Positions 41,921 through 52,435 of a stretch of DNA of 64,000 nt are shown one piece after another. Both the position numbers and the translations under genes were made by a program. The DNA lies in contig CAWFDF010000011.1 of NCBI GenBank assembly GCA_963814585.1, positions 160,001 through 224,000 of the forward strand, written 5' to 3'. The stretch comes from an uncultured delta proteobacterium (lineage in GTDB: Bacteria > Myxococcota > Myxococcia > Myxococcales > Anaeromyxobacteraceae). Numbering within the stretch: the first letter of the stretch is position 1; each line of letters begins with the position of its first letter. The notes beneath the pieces were generated by a model. That model was not told the DNA's origin, made no database searches, and saw only the letters and a list, made by a program, of their open reading frames with translations.

Positions 41921-43056
41921 ATGAGCCACTCCTTCCATCACCTCCTCCTCGCCGCCGCGCCAGGGATCCTCGAGGAGCACCTGCCCACCGCGCTGCTGCG
42001 CCCCGGACCGGGCGGGCTGGCGCTCTGGCAGTGGCTGGCGCTGCCGGTGGCCGCCGTCCTGTCGCTGGCGGCCGGCTGGCTGCTCGGCTGGTTGACGCGG
42101 AGGCTGTTCGCCCACCTCTCCTCCCGGACCTCGGCCACCTGGGACGACGAGATGGTGGCGGCGCTGGCTGGACCGGTGATGCTGCTCTGGGCGCTGCTGG
42201 TGGCCGGCGGGCTGCGTCCCCTCCTGGCGCTCGAGGGGAGCGCCGCCAATCTCAACGGTCGGTTGCTCAAGGCGGGCTTCTTCCTGGCGGCCGCCTGGGG
42301 GGCCTTCCGGGCCATCGACGTGGCGTTCCGCGCGCCGCTCGATCCCTCGTCACCGGGTCTGGGCGGATGGCTCACCTTCTTCCGCAAGGCGGTCAAGGTG
42401 GCGGTGTGGCGCTCGGACTGGTCGCGGTGCTCACCGAGCTGGGCTTCCAGGTCACCAGCCTGCTGGCCGGTCTCGGCATCGGCGGCATCGCGGTGGCGCT
42501 GGCGGCCCAGAAGACGGTCGAGAACCTCATCGGCTCGGTCACCATCGGCCTGGACCGGCCCTTCCACGTCGGCGACGCGGTGCTGGTCGACGGCGTGGTC
42601 GGCGTGGTGGAGGTGGTCGGGCTCCGCTCCACCCGGCTGCGGACGCTGGATCGGACCGTCGTCACCATCCCCAACGGCAGGCTGGCCGACATGCGGATCG
42701 AGTCCTACGCGGCGCGCGATCGCTGGCGCATCGTCACCAGCCTGGGCCTGCGTTACGGCACCACCGCCGCCCAGGTTCGCCAGGTGCTGGCCGAGGTCGA
42801 GGCGGCGCTGCGCGACCACCCAGCGGCCGGCCCGGACGCCCCGCTGGTCCGCTTCGCCGAGTTCAAGGACTCTGGCCTGGCCATCGAGGTCCAGGGCTGG
42901 GTGCGGGCGGCCGACCAGCAGGAGTACGGCCGGATCCGCGGCGAGCTCTACCTGCGCTTCATGGAGATCGTGGAGGCGGCCGGGACCGGCTTCGCCTTCC
43001 CGACCCGGACGCTTCACGTCGAGTCGTTGCCGCCACCCGGTGCGCCGCCGGGCTGA
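41921..43056 (+). pseudogene. Small-conductance mechanosensitive channel (MscS family), frameshifted near 42405
   Basis: TM N-half in one frame; LLAGLGIGGIAVALAAQ, DRPFHVGD, GLRSTRLRT, IPNG in another; a one-base shift restores a single ORF. Confidence 0.8.
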
Positions 43057-43080
43057 GGCCCGCCCGCGTGGCCGGACAGG

Positions 43081-43117
43081 GAGAAGGCCCGGTCGCACGG
43101 AGCGTCCGGGCCTTCTC
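43081..43117. terminator. Hairpin between convergent mscS and tRNA
   Basis: GAGAAGGCCCGG...CCGGGCCTTCTC 12-bp stem. Confidence 0.65.
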
Positions 43118-43121
43118 GGAG

Positions 43122-43197
43122 TGGTGGAGCTGATCGGGATCGAACCGACGACCTCTAGAGTGCGATTCTAGCGCTCTCCCAGCTGAGCTACAGCCCC
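43122..43197 (-). tRNA. tRNA-Ala(CGC)
   Basis: GGGGCTGTAGCTCAGCTGGGAGAGCG-CTAGA-ATCGCAC-TCTAG-AGGTCGTCGGTTCGATCCCGATCAGCTCCACCA; 76 nt, G3:U70, encoded CCA. Confidence 0.95.
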
Positions 43198-43232
43198 GTG
43201 AAGAATTCCCCCGAGGTCCTTGAGGGATGCGT

Positions 43233-43298
43233 GACTTAGCGGGTCGGCCCGGACGGTGTCAAGCGTCGATTGACTCGCCCCAGACCCTACGCTAATCC
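43233..43298. promoter_or_regulatory. Back-to-back sigma70-type promoters (tRNA and TPR gene)
   Basis: Minus: TTGACA-18-TAAGTC; plus: TTGACT-17-TAATCC. Confidence 0.55.
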
Positions 43299-43309
43299 TC
43301 GGGCGCCCC

Positions 43310-45576
43310 ATGCCCGCCCCCAAGAGACAGCTCACGGTCGCGGAGCTCGCCAGCCTCGAGCACGCGTTCGCCGCCGACCCCGCGTCCGATGCCTACCGCG
43401 CCCTCGCCGAGGCCTACCTGGCCGCCGGGCGGTACATGGAAGCGATGGTGGTCTGCAAGAAGGGGGTCAAGACCCATCCCGACGATCCCGCCGCCAAGGT
43501 GCTGCTGGCCAAGGTCTACGCCGATCAGGGCAAGGACAAGAAGGCGCTCGAGGAGCTGGCCCCGGTCCTCACCTCCTACCCGAACTACGTGGCCGGGAAC
43601 CTGCTGGCCGCCACGCTCCACCTGCGCGGCGGCGCCCGGGCCGAGGGCGAGGCGGCGCTGCGCCGGGCCGCCGAGGCGGGGCCGTCGGACCCCGACCTGC
43701 TGGCCGCCCTGGAGAAGCACGGCGTCCTCGCCGCGGCGGCCCCGCCGCCCCGGCCTCCCCCCCGGCCGCCGGGCCGCCGGTGCTCGGCCGCCTGAGCTCG
43801 CCCGGCGCGCCGGCGGCACCACCGGTGGCGCCCTCCGCGACGCCGGCCGCATCCCGCCCGGCGGCCCGGGAGCAGCCCATCCCGACGCCCCCGCCCATGC
43901 CTCGCGTCGGCGACGCCTATGCGCGCCAGCTGGCGGAGAAGTACGGCACCCAGACCTGGGGGCTCAACTCCCCCGGGCCCGCCCGGCCGCGCAAGGGGGC
44001 GAGCCGGACCACCGTGCTGGCCACCGCCGTGCTGGCGGTGGTGCTGGTGGTCTCCCTGGTGGCCTGGCAGCTCTTCGCGCGGGCCCACCGGCAGCAGGTG
44101 GAGGCCATCGCCGGGCTGCTCAAGGAGACGCAGGAGCTGGTGGGGCGCGACTCGTTCGGCGCCTACCGGACGGCCGCCGGGAAGAGCCACGCCATCCTCC
44201 AGCTGGACCCCGGCTCGCTGGCGGGTCACGCCTTCCTGGCCTACGTCGACGCGCTGCGCTTCATGGAGCACGCCGAGGGCGACGCGGTCCGAGGCGAGGC
44301 GATCCAGAACCTGGATGGCGGGCGGAAGCTGGGCAACCACTCGCACCTGATCGCCGCCGAGGCCTACCTCAAGGCGGCGACCGGCGACCTCCCCGGCGGC
44401 CTGGCCGGGCTGAAGGCGGAGCTGGAGGATCCGGCCCGGCAGACCGGCCTCCTCTCCGGCGCCATGGGCGTGCTGCTGATGGGCTCGGGCGATCTCGAGG
44501 GCGCCCGCGAGTGGCTGGCCCGCGCCCAGAAGCTCAACCCCAACGACGTGCGCATCGCGCAGCAGCTGGCCGAGCAGTACCGGCGCCGCGGCGAGGGGTA
44601 CGAGCAGCAGGCGGAGAACGCCTACCAGCTGGCGCTGCGGCTCCAGAAGGACCACGTCCCCTCGATGCTGGGGCGGGCCATGCTGCTGCTGGAGCGCGGG
44701 CTCTACGACCAGGCGGCCCAGCACGTCCAGGCGGTCCTGGCGGGCGGTGACGCGAGCCCGCGCCAGCAGGCCCTGGCCCATGCGGTGCGCGGCTCGGTCC
44801 TCTTCGCGCAGGGCAAGGCCACCGAGGGGACCGCCGACGAGCGGCGGGCGCTCGAGCTCGATCCCCAGAGCCCCGACCTGCCCTGGCTGATCGGCCGGCG
44901 GCAGCTGCGCGACGGCGAGGCGGCGGCGGCGGTGGCCTCCATCCAGCGGGCCGTGAACGGCGACGCCAGGCGGGTCGCCTTCTACGTCGACCTGAACCGG
45001 GCCCTGCTGGCGACGCCCGACGGCGGCAAGAAGGCCATCGACGTGCTGCAGAAGGCCATCGGGCGTGCCGGCGATCACCCGCGCCTGGCCCTGCTGCTGG
45101 GCGACGCCTACCGCGCCCAGGGCGACAGCGACCGGGCTCGCGGCCAGTACGAGCGCTCCATCCAGCTCGGCAAGCCCTACCCCGACGCCCGGGTGGCGCT
45201 GGCCCGGCTGTTCCGGTCGCAGAAGAACGTGCCGGCGGCGCTGGCCGAGCTGGATCTCGCCATCACCGAGTACGGGCAGGGCGGGGCCGGCAGCGCCGCC
45301 CAGGCCTTCGTGGAGATGGCCGACATCGAGCGCTCCCGCGGGTCGAAGGCCGAGCTGGTCTTCTCCCTCTACGTGAAGGCGCTCGACAAGGACCCGGCCT
45401 CCTGCGAGGCGCTCTGGAACGCCGGCAAGATGGGCTGGGACGCGGCGCGCGGCCGTGACGAGGAGTCGAGGAAGGCCCGCGACACCGCCCGGGCCCGCCT
45501 CGAGCGCTTCCTGCAGGTCTGCCCGCGCGACGTCAACGTGACGGCCGCCAGGTCGATCATCGCGGCGCCGAGGTAG
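43310..45576 (+). pseudogene. Membrane-anchored TPR-repeat protein, apparently frameshifted in the C-rich tract near 43760
   Basis: N-terminal TPR ORF 43310-43795; Pro-rich linker, TM and many TPRs continue in another frame to 45576. Confidence 0.7.
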
Positions 45577-46423
45577 GAGCGCCTCGCGAGAGCTGGTCCA
45601 CGTAGTGGACCAGCGCCCAGAGGTCGTCCTCGGGGAGCGCCCCCTTCCAGGTCGGCATGGCGGTGCCGCCCAGCCCGGCGGCGATGGCCCGGTAGAGGTC
45701 ACCGGTCCGGGCGGTGGGGCGGACCGAGCGCAGGGGACCCGACCGGAAGTCGGTGGCGCGGAGCGGGCGGCCGAAGTCGGAGCGGCTCTCGACCGGCTGG
45801 TCGGGGTGGAGCCGCGGCTCGGGGCTGACGCCTGCCTCGCGGGCCCACCTCGCCACCTCCTCGGCCCCGGCGTAGGCGGGGTGGCAGCTCTGGCAGCGGC
45901 CGAGCCCGTGGTAGACGACCCGTCCCCGGGCCGCAGCGGCGGCCTCACGGCCCACCCACGGGTCGGGAGAGACGGCCACCGGCTCCCCGGGCCGCTCGTC
46001 GCGAAAGCGCGGCGCCAGGGTCTTCAGGAACTGGACGATGGCGACCAGGTCGTCGTCGGAGACGTCCGTCCAGGCTCGCATGCCGGTCCCGGCCAGGCCG
46101 GAGCGGACGATGCGGACCACGTCCTCGTCGCGCCAGAGGGCGCCGGCCGGGACCGAGGCGAAGGAGACGATGCCGAGCCGCAGGTCGCGCGGCGGCGGAT
46201 CCATCCCGACCGCCTGCGGTCCCCGGCCGTCCCCGAGCGCGCCGTGGCACGGGCGGCAGGTGCGCATGAAGGCGTCGGCGCCGCGGTTGAGCGTGGCGGC
46301 CGTGACCCTCACGCCGCCGAGGACCTGGTCGGACTCGAAGCGCGGCACCTCGTAGTAGGCGCAGCCGGCCAGGGCGATCAGGCCGAGGGCGCCCAGGCGC
46401 GCCGGGAGGGCCGGCGGGCTCAC
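45557..46423 (-). CDS. Diheme c-type cytochrome lipoprotein
   Basis: Lipobox LAGC; CRPCH and CQSCH; GTGM and GTAMP distal-Met motifs. Confidence 0.88.
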   Translation of the reverse strand: MSPPALPARLGALGLIALAGCAYYEVPRFESDQVLGGVRVTAATLNRGADAFMRTCRPCHGALGDGRGPQAVGMDPPPRDLRLGIVSFASVPAGALWRDEDVVRIVRSGLAGTGMRAWTDVSDDDLVAIVQFLKTLAPRFRDERPGEPVAVSPDPWVGREAAAAARGRVVYHGLGRCQSCHPAYAGAEEVARWAREAGVSPEPRLHPDQPVESRSDFGRPLRATDFRSGPLRSVRPTARTGDLYRAIAAGLGGTAMPTWKGALPEDDLWALVHYVDQLSRGAPTSAPR

Positions 46424-47121
46424 TTCGCCGCGGCCGCCTTGGCCGCCGCGGCGGCCTCCCTGGCCTCGCGGACCCGCACCTCCCGGTCCAGCTCCTCCAT
46501 GTAGTCCTTCTTGATCGCCCTGGGCCTGCTGTCGACCCGCAGGTCCTTGACCGTCACCGGGAGCGTGGCCTTCACGCCCTCGACGTCGACGGTGGCGGTG
46601 GTCCTACCGGGGCCGGTGGCCCAGAGCTGGCCGCGGGTGTCGCCGCGGCAGACCTCCTCGTCGTCGCAGCGGGTCAGGACCATCCGGCCCGTCACCGGCG
46701 AGCCCTGGTCGTCGTAGGCCTGCAGCTTCACGGCCAGCGGCCGGCAATCGTCGGCCAGCTCGAGCGCGGCCGCCTCCTGGCCGAGCACCACCCGGGCCAC
46801 CACGCGGACCGAGACCGGGGCCGAGGCCAGCACGTCGCCGATGGCGCAGCGGATGGTGGCGGCACCCGGGCCGGCCGAGGAGACGGTGGCGTCGTTGCCG
46901 CGGGCGGTGACGGTGGCCACCTTCGGGTCCGAGCTCGACCAGTCGCAGCGGGCGTCCGGGAGCGGCTTGCCCCCCTGGGCGCGAGGCGTGGCGTGGAGGC
47001 TTCCGGACTGGCCGCGGCCGGAGAAGTGGAGCGACGCCGGCTCGAGCTCGACGCGAGCCGGGCCGCCGCAGGCGGCGAGCAGGAGGGCGGGCAGGAGGGC
47101 AGGCAGGGCAAGGGCGCGCAT
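46420..47121 (-). CDS. Ig-like (Big_2-type) domain lipoprotein
   Basis: Lipobox LAAC; WSSSDPKVATV, GPG.ATI repeats. Confidence 0.8.
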   Translation of the reverse strand: MRALALPALLPALLLAACGGPARVELEPASLHFSGRGQSGSLHATPRAQGGKPLPDARCDWSSSDPKVATVTARGNDATVSSAGPGAATIRCAIGDVLASAPVSVRVVARVVLGQEAAALELADDCRPLAVKLQAYDDQGSPVTGRMVLTRCDDEEVCRGDTRGQLWATGPGRTTATVDVEGVKATLPVTVKDLRVDSRPRAIKKDYMEELDREVRVREAREAAAAAKAAAAK

Positions 47122-47172
47122 GGCCCGGGCATGGTAGCGCGAGGTGGGGCCGACGCCTATGCTCCAGTCGGC

Positions 47173-48090
47173 ATGGCCGAGCCCGTACCATCCGTTCCAG
47201 CCGCCACGGTGAGACCGCCGGCCCGGGCCGTCCGGGCCGCCTGCGCGCTCTTCGACCGCCTGGAGAAGGTCTTCAACGGTGCGGCCATGCGGCACCTGGT
47301 GTCCGGCGTCCTCGTCGTCACCTTCGCCGCCTCGCTCCTCGTCATCGAGCTCGGCCGGCGAGGGGCGTTCGGGGGGAGGCTGCTGGCGGCGCTCCCCAGC
47401 AGCCACTTCCACGCGGTCGCGCTGGCCTTCAACCTCCTGCTCTCCTTCGAGGTGGCGGGCCTGGTCTTCGCCATCGTCCAGTCGGTCTCCAACGCCGCCG
47501 GGAGGCAGTTCGAGATCTTCTCGCTCATCCTGCTGCGCCGCTCCTTCGAGGCCTTCGCGGGGCTCGAGGAGCCGGTTCACTGGGGCCAGGCCGGGGAGGC
47601 CACGCTGCTCATGCTGGCCGACGCCGCGGGCGCCGCCCTCATCTTCGTGGCCCTGGGGCTCTACTACACGGTGCAGAAGCACCGGCCGCTCTCCGGAGAC
47701 CAGGGCGACCGCACCAGCTTCGTGGCGGCCAAGAAGCTGATCGCCCTGCTGCTGCTGGCGGTGCTGGCGGTGCTGGCCGGCCACGGGCTGTGGGACCTGG
47801 TGGTGCACCTCGAGGCCCACCCGTTCTTCGAGACCTTCTACTCGCTCCTCATCTTCGCCGACGTCTTGGTGGTGCTCATCTCGCTCCGCTACAGCGCCAG
47901 CTACCACGTGGTCTTCCGCAACTCCGGCCTGGCGGTCGCCACGGTGCTGCTGCGGCTGGCGCTGACGGCGCCACCACCCTGGAGCGGCCTGTTGGGCGTG
48001 GTGGCGGTGCTGTACGCGCTCGGCCTGACGTACGCCTACAACCGGTTCGCGCCGGCGGGGCGGGGGATGCCGATTGCCGAGCAGGGCTGA
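47173..48090 (+). CDS. Polytopic membrane protein of unknown function
   Basis: About 8 hydrophobic segments; QFEIFSLILLRRSF, FRNSG. Confidence 0.75.
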   Translation: MAEPVPSVPAATVRPPARAVRAACALFDRLEKVFNGAAMRHLVSGVLVVTFAASLLVIELGRRGAFGGRLLAALPSSHFHAVALAFNLLLSFEVAGLVFAIVQSVSNAAGRQFEIFSLILLRRSFEAFAGLEEPVHWGQAGEATLLMLADAAGAALIFVALGLYYTVQKHRPLSGDQGDRTSFVAAKKLIALLLLAVLAVLAGHGLWDLVVHLEAHPFFETFYSLLIFADVLVVLISLRYSASYHVVFRNSGLAVATVLLRLALTAPPPWSGLLGVVAVLYALGLTYAYNRFAPAGRGMPIAEQG

Positions 48091-48339
48091 CGGCGCCCCC
48101 CGCTGGGCTCACCAGGCCCGGCAGGTCGGGATCCAGGGCGACCTCACCCTCGGCAGGGCTGGAGATCTTGAGGTTCACCTGGCGGTGATCACCACGGCGA
48201 GCTCGGTGAAGGGCCTCATCGGCCGGCGCCTATCGACCTGAAGAGGTCGACCGCGAGGCCCGAGCCGAGGGCGCTCCCGCATGGGGCCATTCCCGCCTGC
48301 CCGGCCCGGCGACGCCTATCATCGGCCCGAGGGGGATGG

Positions 48340-51120
48340 ATGACCGAGCGGACGCCGCCCCGGCCGTGGGCGACCGGCATCGAGCCGCTGCTGCGCGAGC
48401 TCGGGACCGGCCGGCAGGGACTGCCCGCCGCCGAGGCGGCCAGCCGGCTGGTCCGCGACGGCCCCAACGAGCTGCCCGAGCCGACCCGCGACTCCGCGCT
48501 GCGCGAGCTGGCCGGCCAGTTCACCCACTTCATGGCGCTGCTGCTGTGGGCTGCCGGCATCCTGGCCTTCGTCTCCGGCACGCCGGAGCTGGGCTGGGCC
48601 ATCTGGGCGGTGGTGCTGATCAACGGGGCCTTCTCCTTCTGGCAGGAGCGGCGGGCCGAGCGGGCCCTGTCGGCGCTTCGCCACCAGCTGCCGCAGGCGG
48701 CCCGGGCCTGGCGTGACGGCCACCTGGCCTTGCTGCAGGCGCGGGAGCTGGTGCGGGGCGACGTGGTGGAGCTGGCGCTGGGCGATCGGGTCCCGGCCGA
48801 CGCCCGGCTGCTCGCCGCCGACCGGCTGCGCCTGGATCTCTCGCTCCTCACCGGCGAGTCGATGCCGGTGAGCCGGGCGCCCGAGGAGTCCGAGCCGCTC
48901 TGTGCGCTCGCCGAGGAGGCCGGCTCGGTGGTGCTGGCCGGCGCCAGCGTCGTGAGCGGGCGCGGGCGCGCCGTGGTCTTCGCCACGGGCCGCGCCACCG
49001 CGCTCGGCCAGGTGGCCCGGCTCACCGCCGGCGTGGTTCGCGAGCCGTCCACCCTCTCGGTGCAAGTGGCCCGCCTGGTCCGCACCATCACCGGGCTGGC
49101 GGTCGGGATCGGGCTGGTGGTCTTCGCCCTCGGCTACTGGCTGGTCGGCTTCACCATCCCCGAGGCGCTCCTCTTCGCCATCGGCATCGTGGTGGCCAAC
49201 GTGCCCGAGGGGCTGCTCCCAACCGTCACCCTGGCGCTGGCCCTGGGAGTGCAGCGGATGGCGAAGCGGCGGGTGCTGGTGCGGCGGCTACCGGCCATCG
49301 AGACGCTCTCGGCGGTGTCGCTGGTGGCCACCGACAAGACCGGGACCCTCACAGAGAACCGGATGACGGTGCGCGCCGCCTGGACGCCGGACGGCGGCGC
49401 CCCCCTCGGCGCCGACGCCGGCAACGGCCGGCTCCACCACCTGCTCGCCGCCGGCGCGCTCTGCACCGAGGCGGCCACGGTGGCCGGCCCGGGCGAGGCG
49501 CGCGCGGTGGCGCGGGATCCGCTGGAGGCGGCGCTGCTCGAGGCCGCGCGGTCCGCCGGCCTGGAGCCGGTGGCGCTGGCCACCCGCTCGCCACGGCTCC
49601 ACGACATCCCCTTCGATCCGGCCCGGCGGCTCATGACGGTGGTGGTGCGCTGGGGCGAGCCTGGGGACTGGCCGGCCTTCGGGGCGACCGCGGCGGTGGT
49701 GAAGGGGGCGCCGTCGGTGGTGCTGGCCCGCTGCCGGTGGGAGCTGCGCGCCGGGGCGGTGGTGCCGCTCGAGGCCGCCGAGCGGGCCGCCGCCGAGGCC
49801 GAGGCCGACCGCCTGGCGGCGGCCGGCCACCGGGTCCTGGCGGTGGCAGGCCGCGACGCGGCCGGCGGGGCGTCCGACGCGGCGCTGGAGCAGGACCTCG
49901 TGCTGCTCGGCCTGCTCGGCGTCGAGGATCCCCCTCGCCGCGGCGTGACCGAGGCGCTGCGGCGCTGCCGCGAGGCCGGCATCCGCGTGGTGATGGTGAC
50001 TGGCGACGGCCCCGTCACGGCCCTGGCGGTGGCCCGCGAGGTGGGGCTGGGGGACGACGGGCTCAGGGCGGTCACCGGCGCCGAGCTGTCGGCCCTGGGC
50101 GACGAGGCGCTGCGGGCGCTCCTGCGCGACCCGGCACCCCGCCTCTTCGCCCGGGTGCTGCCCGAGCAGAAGCTCCGGCTGGTGAAGGCCTGGCAGTCGA
50201 TGGGCGAGGTGGTGGCGGTCACCGGCGACGGGGTCAACGACGCCCCCGCGCTGCGGGCGGCCCACGTGGGCATCGCCATGGGGGCCTCGGGCACCGACGT
50301 GGCCCGCGCCGCCGCCGACCTGGTGCTGCTGGACGACGACCTCGCCAGCCTGGTCTCGGCCATCGAGGAGGGGCGCAGCCTCTTCCGCAACGTCCGCAAG
50401 TTCCTCGCCTACATCCTCACCTCCAACGTGCCGGAGCTGGTGCCGTTCCTGGCCATGGTGGCGCTGCGCATCCCGCCGGCCCTCACCATCCTGCAGATCC
50501 TGGCCGTGGATCTCGGGACCGACATGGTGCCGGCGCTGGCCCTGGGCGGCGACCCGCCCGAGCCCGGGCTGATGCGCCGGCCGCCCCGCCCCAAGGACGC
50601 GCCGCTGCTCGATCGCCGCTTGCTGCTGCGCGCCTACCTGAGGCTGGGCGGCGTCCAGGCCCTCTGCGCCATGGGGGCCTACCTGGCCATCTGGGCCCTC
50701 CACGGCGTCGACCTCGGCGGGATGCGGGAGGCGGCCACCGCCATCATCGGCCACGCCGCCGACCCGGCCTTGTCGGCGCTGCAGCGCGAGGCCACCAGCG
50801 CGGCGCTGGCCACCATCGTCTTCTGCCAGATGGGCAACCTCTTCGCCTGCCGCTCCGAGCGGCTCTCGGCCTTCTCGGTGCGGGGCCGGAACCCGCTGCT
50901 CAAGTACGGGCTGGCCGTCGAGGCGGTGCTGCTGGTGGCGGTCCTGTACCTGCCGCCGCTGCAGGGCGTCTTCGCCACCGCGCCGCTGCCGGCGCTGCTG
51001 TGGCCGGCGCTGCTGCTCGGCCCCGTCCTCCTGCTGGCGGTCGACGAGTCGGCCAAGTGGGTGGGCCGGCGGCGCCGGGCGCGGCGCGCGGCGGGCTACA
51101 GCCTCGGGGCCACCTGGTAG
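48340..51120 (+). CDS. Cation-transporting P-type ATPase (type II, Na/K-ATPase-like motifs)
   Basis: TGES, VANVPEGL, DKTGTLT, KGAP, TGDGVNDAPAL, TSNVPE, DLGTDMVPA. Confidence 0.93.
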   Translation: MTERTPPRPWATGIEPLLRELGTGRQGLPAAEAASRLVRDGPNELPEPTRDSALRELAGQFTHFMALLLWAAGILAFVSGTPELGWAIWAVVLINGAFSFWQERRAERALSALRHQLPQAARAWRDGHLALLQARELVRGDVVELALGDRVPADARLLAADRLRLDLSLLTGESMPVSRAPEESEPLCALAEEAGSVVLAGASVVSGRGRAVVFATGRATALGQVARLTAGVVREPSTLSVQVARLVRTITGLAVGIGLVVFALGYWLVGFTIPEALLFAIGIVVANVPEGLLPTVTLALALGVQRMAKRRVLVRRLPAIETLSAVSLVATDKTGTLTENRMTVRAAWTPDGGAPLGADAGNGRLHHLLAAGALCTEAATVAGPGEARAVARDPLEAALLEAARSAGLEPVALATRSPRLHDIPFDPARRLMTVVVRWGEPGDWPAFGATAAVVKGAPSVVLARCRWELRAGAVVPLEAAERAAAEAEADRLAAAGHRVLAVAGRDAAGGASDAALEQDLVLLGLLGVEDPPRRGVTEALRRCREAGIRVVMVTGDGPVTALAVAREVGLGDDGLRAVTGAELSALGDEALRALLRDPAPRLFARVLPEQKLRLVKAWQSMGEVVAVTGDGVNDAPALRAAHVGIAMGASGTDVARAAADLVLLDDDLASLVSAIEEGRSLFRNVRKFLAYILTSNVPELVPFLAMVALRIPPALTILQILAVDLGTDMVPALALGGDPPEPGLMRRPPRPKDAPLLDRRLLLRAYLRLGGVQALCAMGAYLAIWALHGVDLGGMREAATAIIGHAADPALSALQREATSAALATIVFCQMGNLFACRSERLSAFSVRGRNPLLKYGLAVEAVLLVAVLYLPPLQGVFATAPLPALLWPALLLGPVLLLAVDESAKWVGRRRRARRAAGYSLGATW

Positions 51121-51524
51121 AGCAGCAGGTAGACCGCCACGCCGGTGGCCGAGACGTAGAGCCAGATGGGGACGGTGATCCGGGCGATGCGGCGGTGGTG
51201 GTCGAAGCGGCCCTTCCATCCGAGGAAGAGCGAGCGCAGCGCCATGGGCGCCACGGCGGCGGCCAGCAGCGTGTGGCTGACCAGGATGGCGAGGTAGAGC
51301 CAGCGCACCCAGCCTTCGCCGGGGAACCGGTGCGTCCCGGTGAGCGCCACGCGGGTGAGGTAGCTGGCCAGGAAGGCCGCCGAGACCGCCACCGCGCCCA
51401 CCATGAGGCGGCGATGGCGCTCGCGGTCGCCGCGCCGGATGGCGCGCCAGCCGAGCAGCACCAGCACGCCGGCGCAGGCGTTGAGCAGGGCGTTGAGCGG
51501 GGCGAGCGCCTCGCCGAGGCTCAA
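51096..51524 (-). CDS. DUF420 family membrane protein
   Basis: LNALLN, HRRLM, FLASY, ILVSH..LA, HRRIAR...PIWLYVSATG; TTG start overlaps the cyoE stop. Confidence 0.88.
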   Translation of the reverse strand: MSLGEALAPLNALLNACAGVLVLLGWRAIRRGDRERHRRLMVGAVAVSAAFLASYLTRVALTGTHRFPGEGWVRWLYLAILVSHTLLAAAVAPMALRSLFLGWKGRFDHHRRIARITVPIWLYVSATGVAVYLLLYQVAPRL

Positions 51525-52435
51525 CGGACGGCACCGACGAAGAGGGCCGCCATGAGCACCGTCAGGTAGAGGAGGGTGGCGAGGAAGATGCGCCGCGCCC
51601 ACCGGTTCGACTCCCCCTGGAGCCGCAGCCCGGTCAGCGCGTAGCCGGTGAAGGCCACCGAGGCGGCCGCGGCGATGCCGCCGTAGGCCCAGCTGGCCAG
51701 CCCCAGCGCCACCGGGAGGAGCGAGGCCGGGAGGAGGAGCAGGCTGGTGCCGGCGATCCAGCTGCGCGCCACCCGGTCGCCGTGGACCAGCGCGAAGACC
51801 TTCATGCCGCCGCGGGCGTAGTCCTCCTTGAGGTACAGCGAGATGGCGATGAAGTGCGGCAGCTGCCAGGCGAGCAGCAGCAGGAAGACCGCGATCCCGC
51901 CCAGGTCGGCGTGGCCGGTGACCGCCGTCCAGCCCATCAGCGGGGGGATGGCGCCCGGCACGGCGCCGACGAAGAGCGCCAGCGAGCTGCGCCGCTTCAG
52001 CGGCGTGTAGACGGCGACGTAGGAGACCAGCGCCAGGAGGGCCAGCCCGGCGGTGAGCGGGCCGGCCACCAGCGCCAGCACCGGCACCGCGAAGGCCGGG
52101 ACCGCCAGCCCGAAGGCCAGCGCCAGCAGCGGATCGAGCCGGCCGGCCGGCAGCGGCCGGGAGCGGGTCCGGTGCATCAGGCCGTCGCTCTCCCGCTCCA
52201 GGTAGCTGTTGAGGGCGTTGGCGGCCCCCACCACCGCGGCGGTGCACAGCACCGTGAGCAGCGCGCGCGCCGGGTCGATCCGGCCCGGGGCCAGCCACAT
52301 GCCGCCGGCGGTGGTGAGCAGCACCAGCGAGGCGAGGCGCGGCTTGGAGAGCAGGACGAGCTCGCGCCCCAGCGCCAGGGGCGCGGTGACGTATCGAGCC
52401 GGCGCCTGATCGGCGCCCGGGGCGAGCGGGGTCAT
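51521..52435 (-). CDS. cyoE: Protoheme IX farnesyltransferase (heme O synthase)
   Basis: KPRL, NSYLERESDGLM.RT..RPL, YTPLKR, GAIPPLMGW, WQLPHF. Confidence 0.93.
   Translation of the reverse strand: MTPLAPGADQAPARYVTAPLALGRELVLLSKPRLASLVLLTTAGGMWLAPGRIDPARALLTVLCTAAVVGAANALNSYLERESDGLMHRTRSRPLPAGRLDPLLALAFGLAVPAFAVPVLALVAGPLTAGLALLALVSYVAVYTPLKRRSSLALFVGAVPGAIPPLMGWTAVTGHADLGGIAVFLLLLAWQLPHFIAISLYLKEDYARGGMKVFALVHGDRVARSWIAGTSLLLLPASLLPVALGLASWAYGGIAAAASVAFTGYALTGLRLQGESNRWARRIFLATLLYLTVLMAALFVGAVR

Noticed and set aside
43056..43310. tRNA as an integration site of a genomic island
   Set aside because: No integrase, no duplicated tRNA 3' end seen, and no compositional shift
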